Assembly (NCBI GenBank): GCA_043820925.1
Contig: JBDRDL010000038.1
Span: forward strand, 1-56,016
Reading direction: 5' to 3'
From: Methanobacteriota archaeon
GTDB lineage: Archaea > Hydrothermarchaeota > Hydrothermarchaeia > Hydrothermarchaeales > JACRDW01
DNA: 56,016 nucleotides
The notes under the pieces were generated by a model. The model was not told where the DNA came from. It searched no databases and saw only the letters and a program-made list of their open reading frames with translations. This document shows positions 16,777 to 25,933 of the stretch, in pieces; within the stretch, counting starts at the first letter, position 1, and each line of letters begins with the position of its first letter. The position numbers and the translations under genes are program-made.

Positions 16777-17086
16777 CGAAGCTAGTGCGCAAGACTTACG
16801 CTCTTGCTTACGCAAGGCGAAAGCTAAAATTGAGTTTAGATATAAGGACGCAAAAACAGCGCAGAAAATTTCTTATTTGTTAGAAGTCGACAATAAAATA
16901 CCGAAGGTAGGCGCAACACCATTGCGGCTTGCTATCGCAATTGCTCCTAAAAAAATAAAAACAGAAAGCAGGGGCAACAGAGTAATAACGCACATAGAGC
17001 ACGAGAAATTGGGTACCTTGCTCGCAACAATAGACGACCTGCTGTTCTGCGAGAGATTGATTGAGGATTTGGTATGCTGGACATAA
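16769..17086 (+). CDS. pcc1: KEOPS subunit Pcc1 carrying repeat-derived segments
   Basis: AKAKIEFRYKDAKTAQKISYLL...RGNRVITHIEHEKLGTLLATIDDLLFCERLIEDL follows the Pcc1 beta-alpha-beta-beta-alpha pattern. The only canonical in-frame start is the ATG at 16769. Confidence 0.7.
   Translation: MNSEASAQDLRSCLRKAKAKIEFRYKDAKTAQKISYLLEVDNKIPKVGATPLRLAIAIAPKKIKTESRGNRVITHIEHEKLGTLLATIDDLLFCERLIEDLVCWT
16772..16816. repeat. Interspersed repeat, module Y, spanning the recJ-like stop and pcc1 codons 2-16
   Basis: aatagcgaagctagtgcgcaagacttacgctcttgcttacgcaag. Confidence 0.85.
16897..16942. repeat. Module X repeat copy inside the pcc1 reading frame
   Basis: aataccgaaggtaggcgcaacaccattgcggcttgctatcgcaatt aligns with the copies at 2840, 24092 and 45172; translated in frame as IPKVGATPLRLAIAI. 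Confidence 0.8.
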
Positions 17087-18360
17087 ATTTGATTCGGGAG
17101 AATCCGGAAATCGTCAAGAATGACTTGAGAAAGCGGGGTAGCTTAGAAAAAATTGCTATAGTTGAAGAGCTGCTCAACTGGGACAGAAAGCGCAGGGGGC
17201 TAATAACAAGAACGAATGAGCTGAAGCATCTGCGGAATTTAATTTCGCAGGAGATTTCTAAACTCAAGGCAGAGGGAGAGGATTTTTCTAAAAAACTGAA
17301 GGAAATCAAAGAAATTCCGGAAAAAATTAAAGAGTCCGAAGCAGAGATTCAGGAATGCGAAGAAAAGCTCAGGCAGCTGCTGTTCAAGCTTCCAAATATT
17401 CTTCACGAATCTGTTCCAGAAGGTAGGGGCGAAGAAGATAACAAAGAAATCAGAAGATGGGGAAAAGCGAGGCGCTTTGAATTTGCAAAGGACCACATAG
17501 ATTTAAGTCTTGCCCTGGATTTGGTTGACATAGATAGAGCCGGAAAGGCTGCTGGAGCAAGATTTTATTATTTAAAGAACGAGTTGGTGCTGCTCAACTA
17601 TGCTCTAATAAAATTTGCATTGGATGAAATGCGGGAGAAGAATTTCATTCTCTGGCAGCCCCCCTACATGCTGCGCAGGAGGGGCGTAGAGAGCGCAACC
17701 GACTTGTCAGACTTCGAGGACGTTATCTATAAAATCGAGGGCGAAGATTTATACTTACTTGCGACTTCTGAGCACGCCTTGCTTGCGCTGCACATAGACG
17801 AGATACTCGACGGAAAAATCCTGCCCCTGAGATACTGCGGAATCTCGCCATGCTTCAGAAAGGAAGCAGGTGCGCACGGCAGGGATACGAAAGGTATTTT
17901 TAGAGTACACCAGTTCGAGAAAGTGGAGCAGTTCGTTTTCTGCAAGCCGAGCGAATCCTGGAAGGAGCATGAGAGGTTAATCAGCAATGCAGAGGAGCTT
18001 TTCCAGAGTCTGGAGATACCTTACAGGGTTATGAATGTCTGCACGGGCGACATAGGAAGCGTTGCTGCGAAGAAGTACGACATCGAGGCTTGGCTGCCGG
18101 GGCAGGGAAAGTACAGGGAAGCCGTCTCCTGCAGCAACTGCACGGATTACCAGGCGAGAAGAGCCAATATAAGGTACCGGGAAGACCCCGGCAAGCCCAC
18201 GTCGTTCGTGCACACCCTGAACAGCACTTTCGTTGCCACCGAGAGAGCTCTGGTTGCTATCCTTGAAAATTATCAGCGGAAGGACGGAAGCATAAAAATA
18301 CCTGAAGTCTTAATTCCTTACATGAACGGCATAACCGAAATAAAAGCAAAAAATATATAA
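17074..18360 (+). CDS. serS: Seryl-tRNA synthetase
   Basis: N-terminal coiled-coil arm and class II motifs (FRKEAGAHGRDTKGIFRVHQFEKVE, LNSTFVATERALVAILEN). Confidence 0.9.
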   Translation: MLDINLIRENPEIVKNDLRKRGSLEKIAIVEELLNWDRKRRGLITRTNELKHLRNLISQEISKLKAEGEDFSKKLKEIKEIPEKIKESEAEIQECEEKLRQLLFKLPNILHESVPEGRGEEDNKEIRRWGKARRFEFAKDHIDLSLALDLVDIDRAGKAAGARFYYLKNELVLLNYALIKFALDEMREKNFILWQPPYMLRRRGVESATDLSDFEDVIYKIEGEDLYLLATSEHALLALHIDEILDGKILPLRYCGISPCFRKEAGAHGRDTKGIFRVHQFEKVEQFVFCKPSESWKEHERLISNAEELFQSLEIPYRVMNVCTGDIGSVAAKKYDIEAWLPGQGKYREAVSCSNCTDYQARRANIRYREDPGKPTSFVHTLNSTFVATERALVAILENYQRKDGSIKIPEVLIPYMNGITEIKAKNI

Positions 18361-18406
18361 AGAGCAGTCCTATAGAGATTTTTATCGTTTACTACGGAGC
18401 GAGCGA

Positions 18407-19039
18407 ATGGCTAGGGTAATAAGAAAGAGGAAGAAGATAGACGCCTGGAAGACGAAAACGCTGTACGAGGTTTTCGCTCCAAGGATGTTTGGAGAGGCAA
18501 AGATAGGAGAGACTTTAGCAAGCGATGCATCTAGTTTAATTGGCAGAGTGTTAGAGACCACTGTCAGAGATTTGACTAACGATTTTTCAAAGCAGCACAT
18601 AAAGCTGCGCTTTCAGATAGCTGATGTCAAAGGAGATAAAGCATACACCAAATTTAAAGGTCATTCCCTCTCCAGAGATTACATGAGGAGCCAGATTAGG
18701 AGGAAGACAACCAGAGTGGAGAGAGTTACGGACGTGGAGACCAAGGACAACCAAAAGCTCAGAGTCAAGACAATCGCTCTCGCTGTAGGCAGGGCTCAAA
18801 CAGCGCAGGAGAAGCTGATAAGAAAAATCATGGCGGACAGAGTAGCGAAGGCAGCGAAAAAGCTGAACTTAGACCAGTTTGTGCAAGAAGTCGTTCTCGG
18901 AAAGATTTCCTCTGATATGTACAAGGCAGCTAATAAGATTTACCCGCTTAAGAGAGTGGAGGTGAGAAAGGTAAAGATTTTGGAGAAGAAATCCGGGATA
19001 GAGATGAAAGAAGTACCTCAAGGTCAGGTGGAAAAATGA
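18407..19039 (+). CDS. rps3ae: 30S ribosomal protein S3Ae (eS1)
   Basis: KKIDAWKTKTLYEVFAPRMFG..., RVLETTVRDLT, LRFQI. Confidence 0.9.
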   Translation: MARVIRKRKKIDAWKTKTLYEVFAPRMFGEAKIGETLASDASSLIGRVLETTVRDLTNDFSKQHIKLRFQIADVKGDKAYTKFKGHSLSRDYMRSQIRRKTTRVERVTDVETKDNQKLRVKTIALAVGRAQTAQEKLIRKIMADRVAKAAKKLNLDQFVQEVVLGKISSDMYKAANKIYPLKRVEVRKVKILEKKSGIEMKEVPQGQVEK

Positions 19040-19758
19040 TGCAATTTGCTTTGCAGCTGCTTCTTTGCATTGCACTGGGGATAATAATCTATAAAAAAGG
19101 AATTTTGGATTTCCGAGCAACAGTAGCTGCCGTGATAATGGGTTCAGCTATATTTTACTTTGCAGGCTTTGCATGGTTTCTTTTGCTTGTTGTATTCTTG
19201 CTTTTGGGACACTTCTCCACGAAGTATAAATATTCTCAAAAAGTTGCGCTGAGCGTTGCGGAGGGGGGCGAGGGAAGGAGGGGCATTGCTAACGTTCTTG
19301 CCAACGGTGCAGTTCCGACTTTCTTAGCGCTACTCTGGCACTTTAATAGCAGCGTTATTTTAGTCCCATCCCTCAAGGCGGGGTATATAGCTGCGGTAGC
19401 TACTGTTGCTGGCGATACTCTATCTTCTGAGATAGGAGTTCTGAGCAAAAAAAAGCCGGTTTTAATTACAACCTTCAAAAGAGTGCAGACTGGAACTCAC
19501 GGAGGCATATCTCTCTTGGGCGAGATAAGCGGAATTTTAGGAGTGCTACTAATAGGTTTGGTGGCATGGACTCTCGGTCTTGCGCCCTTTAAATTTTGCA
19601 TATTAGCTGCGCTCGTCGGAGGAGTTGTGGGCTTCCATTTCGACAGCCTTCTCGGCGCAGTTCTCGAAAGAAGAAAGCTGATAAGCAATGCAAGCGTAAA
19701 CTTCTTATCAAGCATTGCTGGAAGTTTAGTCGGGTTAACTATTGCTTTGGGTTTTTGA
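19036..19758 (+). CDS. DUF92/TMEM19-family integral membrane protein
   Basis: Multi-TM protein with GGEGRRGIANVLANG and AGDTLSSEIG motifs. Confidence 0.7.
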   Translation: MMQFALQLLLCIALGIIIYKKGILDFRATVAAVIMGSAIFYFAGFAWFLLLVVFLLLGHFSTKYKYSQKVALSVAEGGEGRRGIANVLANGAVPTFLALLWHFNSSVILVPSLKAGYIAAVATVAGDTLSSEIGVLSKKKPVLITTFKRVQTGTHGGISLLGEISGILGVLLIGLVAWTLGLAPFKFCILAALVGGVVGFHFDSLLGAVLERRKLISNASVNFLSSIAGSLVGLTIALGF

Positions 19759-19798
19759 AGGCAAAAGTTTTAATTACATGTTAGATTAACTTTCTCTT

Positions 19799-20971
19799 AT
19801 GAAAGCCCTAATGCTCGTGTGCGATGGGATTGCTGATAGACCTCTCAGGGAATTGAAAGGAAAAACGCCTCTAGAAGTTGCAAAAAAGCAGAACATGGAT
19901 GCGCTTGCTCGCAGGGGAATAACAGGAATTTTAGACCCGATTGCTCCTGGCATTAGGGTGGGCTCAGATACTACGCATTTAGCTCTTTTAGGTTACAACC
20001 CTTATGAAGTCTATACTGGTCGAGGTCCCTTCGAGGCAGCAGGAGTTGGTCTCAAGCTCAGGCAGGGCGATATAGCCTTTAGGTGCAACTTTGCGACAGT
20101 CGATAAAAATTTGGTTGTGCTTGACAGAAGGGCGGGGAGGATAAGCAAAGGCACAGACAAACTTGCTAGGGCTATTAATAAGATAAAGATACCGGGAGCA
20201 GAGATAATCTTCAAAGAATCAGTAGCCCACCGTGGAGTTCTAATTCTCAGAGGTAAAAAACTGAGCCATAAAGTCTCTGATTCAGACCCGCACATTGCTG
20301 GAGAAAAAGTCAGAAAGGCGAGGGCACTGGATGCGTCGCCAGAGGCAAGAAGGACTGCGAGCATAATCAATGCTTTTTCTGAAGAGGTTCACAAAGTTTT
20401 GAAAGAACAAAAGGAAAGTGCAAATATGCTTTTGCTTCGTGGCTGCGGCGCAGCTCCTAAATTGAAATCTTTCAGAGAGAAGTATGGCATTTCAGGAGCA
20501 TGTATGGCTACGACCGGCATTATAAAGGGAATTGCGAGGCTGGCGGGCATGGAGGTAGTAGAGGCGAAGACGGGCTATGATTTAAGAATCAAACAAGGTT
20601 TAAAAATTTTAAAAAATTATGATTTCCTTCTCATAAATATAAAAGAGCCTGATGAAGCATCTCACGACCACGACGCAAGGAGAAAAATCCAGCTGATTGG
20701 GGAGATTGACATGGCATTAAAGCCTCTTCTTCAATTTTCCAAAGAAAACTACGTCCTGCTATTAAGCGACCACACCACTTCGCTGAGCTACGGAGACCAT
20801 ACTGGCGACTCTGTTCCAGTTGTGCTCTGCGGACCTGAAGTCAGAACAGACGATGTTAAAAAATTCGACGAGCGCAGCGCAGCGAAAGGAGGCTTAGGCA
20901 GAATTAGAGGGCAGGATTTAATGCCGCTCTTGCTGGACTTGATGAATAAGTCAGAGAAGTTTGGAGCATGA
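19799..20971 (+). CDS. apgM: 2,3-bisphosphoglycerate-independent phosphoglycerate mutase, archaeal type
   Basis: LVCDGIADRP, GSDTTHLALLGY, FRCNFATV, SDHTT. Confidence 0.85.
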   Translation: MKALMLVCDGIADRPLRELKGKTPLEVAKKQNMDALARRGITGILDPIAPGIRVGSDTTHLALLGYNPYEVYTGRGPFEAAGVGLKLRQGDIAFRCNFATVDKNLVVLDRRAGRISKGTDKLARAINKIKIPGAEIIFKESVAHRGVLILRGKKLSHKVSDSDPHIAGEKVRKARALDASPEARRTASIINAFSEEVHKVLKEQKESANMLLLRGCGAAPKLKSFREKYGISGACMATTGIIKGIARLAGMEVVEAKTGYDLRIKQGLKILKNYDFLLINIKEPDEASHDHDARRKIQLIGEIDMALKPLLQFSKENYVLLLSDHTTSLSYGDHTGDSVPVVLCGPEVRTDDVKKFDERSAAKGGLGRIRGQDLMPLLLDLMNKSEKFGA

Positions 20972-22356
20972 GCATGGAGCACATTTTCAGAGCCTACGAT
21001 GTGAGAGGAATCTTCAACAAAGAGCTGACCCCAGATATTGCTGCTAAAATCGGCGCTGCATTTGGCACTTATCTGGACGGCAGAGGAAATGTGCTTATTG
21101 CCAGAGACGGTCGAATGAGCAGCGAGATAGTTGAGAGCGCATTTATTGCTGGACTGGCTTCAGCTGGCTGCAACTGCTTTACGACTGGCTTGGTTCCGAT
21201 ACCAACTGCAAACTTTAAGATATGGAAGGGTGGTTATGACACTGGAGCATATATCACAGCCTCGCACAATCCTCCAGAGTACAATGGCGTTAGATTCCGC
21301 CACGGCGACGGCTCTGGTTATACGAAGCAGAACGAAGAGATTAAAAAAATTTTTTTAAGCGGCAAGTTCAAACTTGCTGCATGGAATAAGCTTGGCTCAA
21401 TAAATAAGTTAAATTCAAACGCCACGATACGGGAGTACCTTGATTTTCTGCTTCCAAAATTTAAATTTGAAAAAAAATTAAAAGTTGTTCTGGATTCCGG
21501 AAATGGCGTTTCCTCTCTGACGGTTCCGAAAGCTTTTGAAGAGCTCGGCGCAGAAGTTTCGACTCTCAATGCGCAAATAGACGGGACTTTCCCTGGAAGG
21601 GATTCTGAACCTTCCGAAGCAAGCCTGGGAGAGCTAAAAAAAGTGGTTACAGCAGAAAAAGCAGATTTCGGTGCAGGCTACGACGGCGATGGAGACAGAG
21701 TAATCTTCGTGAACGATAAAGGAAGAGCAGTCCAGACCGAGAAGATTGGGATAATCATTTCCAGAGATATTCTTAAAAATAAAAAGGGAAACATCATCGC
21801 AAACATAGAATGCTCCATGATTTTGGAGCGGGAAATAGAAAAGGCCGGGGGCATGCTTAAAAGGGTCAGAGTAGGAGACGTGTTTGTAACTGAGGCTATA
21901 AAGAAGCACCAAGCACTTTTTGCCATGGAAACCAGTGCCCACTACTTCATGCCAGAATTTTATTTCTTTGACGACCCGACGCTGATAAGCTTGAAGTTAG
22001 CAGAAATACTGTCAAAGTCTGAGAAAAGTCTGTCAGAGATGGCAGACGAGATACCGAGCTATCCAAAAATTATGAAGAATTTTTCCTGTCCGGACGAGAT
22101 TAAATTCAAAGCAATGAGGCAGATAATCAAAAGTTTCAAGGAGAAGGGCTATAAACTCGACCTAACAGACGGCGCAAAGATAATTTTCGAAGACGGCTGG
22201 GCACTGCTCAGAGCCTCGAATACCACGCCCCTGATTAGAGCTACCGTCGAGGCAGAAAATAAAAAGAGGGTAAAGGAGCTTTTAAATTTAGTTGAGAAAG
22301 AGTTTATGGAAGCTACAAAGATGGTGAAGCGTGAAAAATCGGTCGAGAACGACTGA
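20968..22356 (+). CDS. Phosphohexomutase (phosphoglucosamine/phosphomannomutase family)
   Basis: FRAYDVRG, ITASHNPPEYNGVRF (active-site Ser), GYDGDGDR. Confidence 0.85.
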   Translation: MSMEHIFRAYDVRGIFNKELTPDIAAKIGAAFGTYLDGRGNVLIARDGRMSSEIVESAFIAGLASAGCNCFTTGLVPIPTANFKIWKGGYDTGAYITASHNPPEYNGVRFRHGDGSGYTKQNEEIKKIFLSGKFKLAAWNKLGSINKLNSNATIREYLDFLLPKFKFEKKLKVVLDSGNGVSSLTVPKAFEELGAEVSTLNAQIDGTFPGRDSEPSEASLGELKKVVTAEKADFGAGYDGDGDRVIFVNDKGRAVQTEKIGIIISRDILKNKKGNIIANIECSMILEREIEKAGGMLKRVRVGDVFVTEAIKKHQALFAMETSAHYFMPEFYFFDDPTLISLKLAEILSKSEKSLSEMADEIPSYPKIMKNFSCPDEIKFKAMRQIIKSFKEKGYKLDLTDGAKIIFEDGWALLRASNTTPLIRATVEAENKKRVKELLNLVEKEFMEATKMVKREKSVEND

Positions 22357-22394
22357 AGGAACGAATGGAATGAGTGACTGAAGGAGTGTTCGAA

Positions 22395-23651
22395 ATGAAG
22401 GCGATAATTCTTGCAGCAGGTAAAGGAACTCGGCTGGAACCCCTGACAGAAGATACCCCGAAGTGCATGCTTCCTCTGGCAGGCAAGCCTATCATGGAGC
22501 ACGTTATCAAAGCTGTCAGAAAGGCAGGAATTAGAGAGGCTGTATTAATTGTCGGATGCAAGGAAGAAAAAATAAGAGAATACTTCGGCGACGGCTCTAA
22601 CTTCGGTATCAAGATTGAATACGCCTCCCAAAAACAGCAGCTCGGCACTGCGCACGCAATCGGTACGATTGAGCTGAACGAGGATTTTCTGGTCCTGAAT
22701 GGAGACACGCTGATATCAAGCGACTGCATAGACAGCGTGCTTTCTGCGCACAGCGCAGGCACGCAAGACTCGGCAGCCACTCTCGGACTGAAGGAAGTTG
22801 AGGAGCCCAGCAATTACGGCGTGGTCAGGCTTGAGAATAGCAGAGTAGTCGAAATAATCGAAAAGCCAAAAGGATATGTTTCAAATTTAGCGAATGCTGG
22901 TATCTATGCATTTTCTCCAAAAATTTTCGGGGCAATAAAAAAGACCAAAAAGTCAAAGCGGGGCGAGTACGAGATTACTTCTTCGATTGGCATTTTGATT
23001 AAGGAAGGCGAAGTCGTAAGGGGGGTTAAAATTAGAGGCATGTGGAGCGATATAGGAAATCCCTGGAATTATTTAGACTCCAACCGGGAGATGCTGAATG
23101 GGATGGAAGAAAGAATCTGGGGCGAAATTGAAGAATTCGTGAAGCGAAAGGGAAAGCTGTACCTGGGGAAGAAGTCGATAATAAAATCAGGCAGCTATAT
23201 AGAGGGACCGGTTTACATAGGCGACAACTCAATAATAGGTCCGAATGCGTATCTGCGTAGCTTCACTTCTGTATGTGATAACTGCAAAATTGGAAGCGGT
23301 GTGGAGGTGAAAAATTCGATAATAATGGACCGGACCAGCGTCTCGCACCTATCGTACATAGGAGATTCAATAATTGGCAAAAATTGCAACTTTGGTGCTG
23401 GCACTCTTGTAGGAAATCTGCGCTTGGACGAGGAGAACGTGAAGATGCGAATCCGCAATGAGCTGAAGGATACCGGCAGAAGAAAGTTGGGCTGCGTAGT
23501 CGGCGATAACGTTAAAATCGGATTGAACGTTATGATAAATGCAGGGCGCAAAATCGGCAGCAACAGCTTAATCGGCCCAGGAGTCATAGTTTATGATGAC
23601 ATTCCTCCGAATTCTTTCATTCTGCAGAAGCAGGAGCTGAGGAGGAAGTAA
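22395..23651 (+). CDS. Bifunctional sugar-1-phosphate nucleotidyltransferase / left-handed beta-helix acetyltransferase (GlmU-like)
   Basis: MKAIILAAGKGTRL plus C-terminal hexapeptide repeats. Start set at ATG 22395 (AAGGAG upstream) rather than the track start at 22374. Confidence 0.85.
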   Translation: MKAIILAAGKGTRLEPLTEDTPKCMLPLAGKPIMEHVIKAVRKAGIREAVLIVGCKEEKIREYFGDGSNFGIKIEYASQKQQLGTAHAIGTIELNEDFLVLNGDTLISSDCIDSVLSAHSAGTQDSAATLGLKEVEEPSNYGVVRLENSRVVEIIEKPKGYVSNLANAGIYAFSPKIFGAIKKTKKSKRGEYEITSSIGILIKEGEVVRGVKIRGMWSDIGNPWNYLDSNREMLNGMEERIWGEIEEFVKRKGKLYLGKKSIIKSGSYIEGPVYIGDNSIIGPNAYLRSFTSVCDNCKIGSGVEVKNSIIMDRTSVSHLSYIGDSIIGKNCNFGAGTLVGNLRLDEENVKMRIRNELKDTGRRKLGCVVGDNVKIGLNVMINAGRKIGSNSLIGPGVIVYDDIPPNSFILQKQELRRK

Positions 23652-23709
23652 TAAGCCATTTGCCGGCGTTATGCGAACAAATTTTGCCTGGCGGATAAGA
23701 GGATGAAAA

Positions 23710-24012
23710 ATGACTATCAATGACCTTAGGTTCATGCGTATAGCAATTGAGGAAGCAAAAAAATCTAAAAATGCACATGGAAAAGTTCCTATTTACGTTG
23801 GGGCTGTTGTTGCCAAAAACGGGAAAATTATAGCCAAGGCTCACAGAGGACAATATGGTTTTGGAGAACATGCAGAGTATACCGCGCTTGAAAGAGTTTT
23901 AGAGCATAAAGACAGAGATTACTTAAAGGGAGCAACACTTTATACCACACTTGAACCTTGCGTTATAGGTTCGCATGGTAAAGATGAAAAATATAGGTGG
24001 ACATTGCATTGA
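23710..24012 (+). pseudogene. Truncated CMP/dCMP (RibD-type) deaminase remnant
   Basis: Has HAEYTALE and TLEPC but lacks the second Cys of the PCxxC zinc motif. It ends after an unrelated tail (VIGSHGKDEKYRWTLH), and no continuation exists in other frames. Confidence 0.55.
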
Positions 24013-24091
24013 TACTCGCTGTTAAAGACGGCAAAAAAGTCTCGCTTTTAACAGTGGACAGGGAAATAAAAAAATGGAGCAAAGATAAAGT

Positions 24092-24136
24092 AATACCGCG
24101 AGGTAGGCGCAATACTATCGTACTTGCTAACGCAAT
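24092..24136. repeat. Interspersed repeat, module X
   Basis: aataccgcgaggtaggcgcaatactatcgtacttgctaacgcaat. Confidence 0.85.
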
Positions 24137-25482
24137 GTGCCCAAAAATTTAAGTATTGCAGAAGCGTATATTCCATTGTGCAGGAAGCTATAGTTGCGGA
24201 AGCAAAACCAAAAAAATTTTTGTTTGTTTCTACTCAGGGACTTATCGGCGATTTAGCCTGGCAGGTGAGAAAGGAGGGTAATGAAGTAAAATATGCCATT
24301 CACAGTAAAGTTGATAAAGACGTCTGCGACGGTTTTGTCGATAAAGTAGATGACTGGCAGGCAGAGAAGGACTGGGCAGACGTTATCGTATTTGATGACA
24401 TAGGTTTTGGCGAAGCTGCGGATAAATTGAGGCGCGAAGGAAAACTCGTAGTTGGCGGAAGCGCATACACCGACAAACTCGAAGACGACAGAGATTTCGG
24501 CCAGGAGGAGATGAAAAGCGCTGGTTTAAACATCCTTCCAAAGTGGAACTTTACAGATTTTGACGAGGCGATAAAGTTTGTCCGTGAAAATTCCGGGAGA
24601 TATGTAATCAAGCCAAGCGGCAGGGCACAGGACGAAAAAGAGCTGCTTTTCATAGGACAGGAAGAAGACGGAATAGACATAATCCAGGTTCTCGAGCATT
24701 ACAGGAAAAACTGGGCAAAGAAGATAAAAATTTTTCAACTGCAGAAGTTCGCCGCTGGAGTTGAAGTGGCAGTCGGCGTTTTCTTCAATGGAAAGGAATT
24801 CATAACGCCTGTGAATATAAACTTTGAGCACAAGCGGATGTTTCCTGGAGATATCGGACCTGCCACAGGCGAGATGGGAACATCGATGTTCTGGACCCAG
24901 CCGAATGTCCTGTTTAACGAGACAATCGCTAAAATGAAGTCGAAGCTAGCTGAGTGCGGATACGTTGGTTACATAGACATAAACTGCATCGCAAATGCAA
25001 GAGGTATCTATCCTCTTGAATTCACGTCGCGTTTTGGTTACCCGACGATAAACATACAGATGGAAGGCGTAACAAGCAACTGGGGCGAGTTTCTCTATGC
25101 CCTTGCAAAGGGAGAGCAATACCAGCTAAAAACAAAAAAAGGTTTGCAGGTGGGAGTTGTGATAGCGGTGCCTCCATTCCCTTTTAAAGACAACGACGCT
25201 TTTAGGAAGTACTCGGAAGATGCGACGATACTCTTCAAGAAGCCTGTTACAGACGGAATGCACATATGCGATGTAAAGCTAGTCGAGGGTGACTGGAGGC
25301 TCGCCGGGGTTTCGGGATATGTGCTTGTGGTTACAGGTTCAGGCGCAACAATGGAAGAGGCGCGCAAGCAGGCTTACCAGCGAATTAAAAATATAATGAT
25401 TCCAAACATGTTTTATCGAACAGACATAGGTGCTAAGTGGTCAGAAGACGGGGACAAGATGCGTACTTGGGGATATATATAA
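24124..25482 (+). CDS. Non-canonical PurD-like ATP-grasp ligase
   Basis: GARS-like layout with ATP-grasp core (YVIKPSG, FEHKRMFPGDIGPATGEMG, LEFTSRFGYP) but no GGREHA motif. The track TTG start lies in the repeat; in-frame GTG at 24178 is a more likely start. Confidence 0.7.
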   Translation: MLTQCAQKFKYCRSVYSIVQEAIVAEAKPKKFLFVSTQGLIGDLAWQVRKEGNEVKYAIHSKVDKDVCDGFVDKVDDWQAEKDWADVIVFDDIGFGEAADKLRREGKLVVGGSAYTDKLEDDRDFGQEEMKSAGLNILPKWNFTDFDEAIKFVRENSGRYVIKPSGRAQDEKELLFIGQEEDGIDIIQVLEHYRKNWAKKIKIFQLQKFAAGVEVAVGVFFNGKEFITPVNINFEHKRMFPGDIGPATGEMGTSMFWTQPNVLFNETIAKMKSKLAECGYVGYIDINCIANARGIYPLEFTSRFGYPTINIQMEGVTSNWGEFLYALAKGEQYQLKTKKGLQVGVVIAVPPFPFKDNDAFRKYSEDATILFKKPVTDGMHICDVKLVEGDWRLAGVSGYVLVVTGSGATMEEARKQAYQRIKNIMIPNMFYRTDIGAKWSEDGDKMRTWGYI

Positions 25483-25615
25483 TGTGTTTTTAGGTCTTTA
25501 TGCCCCAGCAATTGCCGGATATACCTTATATCTCCTCCTGACTCAAATGAGTAGCAAAACTATGCCTTAATGTGTGTGGCGCTACGTTCTTCTTTATATT
25601 TATTGAGGCAAAAAT

Positions 25616-25933
25616 ATGAGAAGTCCAAAGAGAAAAATGCCAGCAGTAGGCAAATGTTTTGATCACTTAGGTGGGCAGTTAGCACCTATGCTATTCACCC
25701 GTCTGCTTGAAATGGAATGGATAAAACCAGAAGAAGGCAAAAAGACCGTATTTGAAGTTACAGAGAAAGGTAAGAAAAGATTTAAAGAGGTATTTAATAT
25801 TGATGTGTCGAAGCTTGAGGAATACACTAAAAAAAGTTTAGATGAATTATTTGGAAGCTTACCAGAACTGGACTTAAAGCGAATTAGGAAAGAGCACTCT
25901 GAGGAAGTCGAGAATGAACATTTTGGTCGATAG
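25616..25933 (+). CDS. VapB-like antitoxin with atypical DNA-binding N-domain
   Basis: DHLGGQLAPMLFTRLLEMEWI resembles the wing domain seen in some ArsR-type regulators. The acidic C-tail (GSLPELDLKRIRKEHSEEVE) is antitoxin-like. It overlaps the PIN gene by 20 nt. Confidence 0.55.
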   Translation: MRSPKRKMPAVGKCFDHLGGQLAPMLFTRLLEMEWIKPEEGKKTVFEVTEKGKKRFKEVFNIDVSKLEEYTKKSLDELFGSLPELDLKRIRKEHSEEVENEHFGR

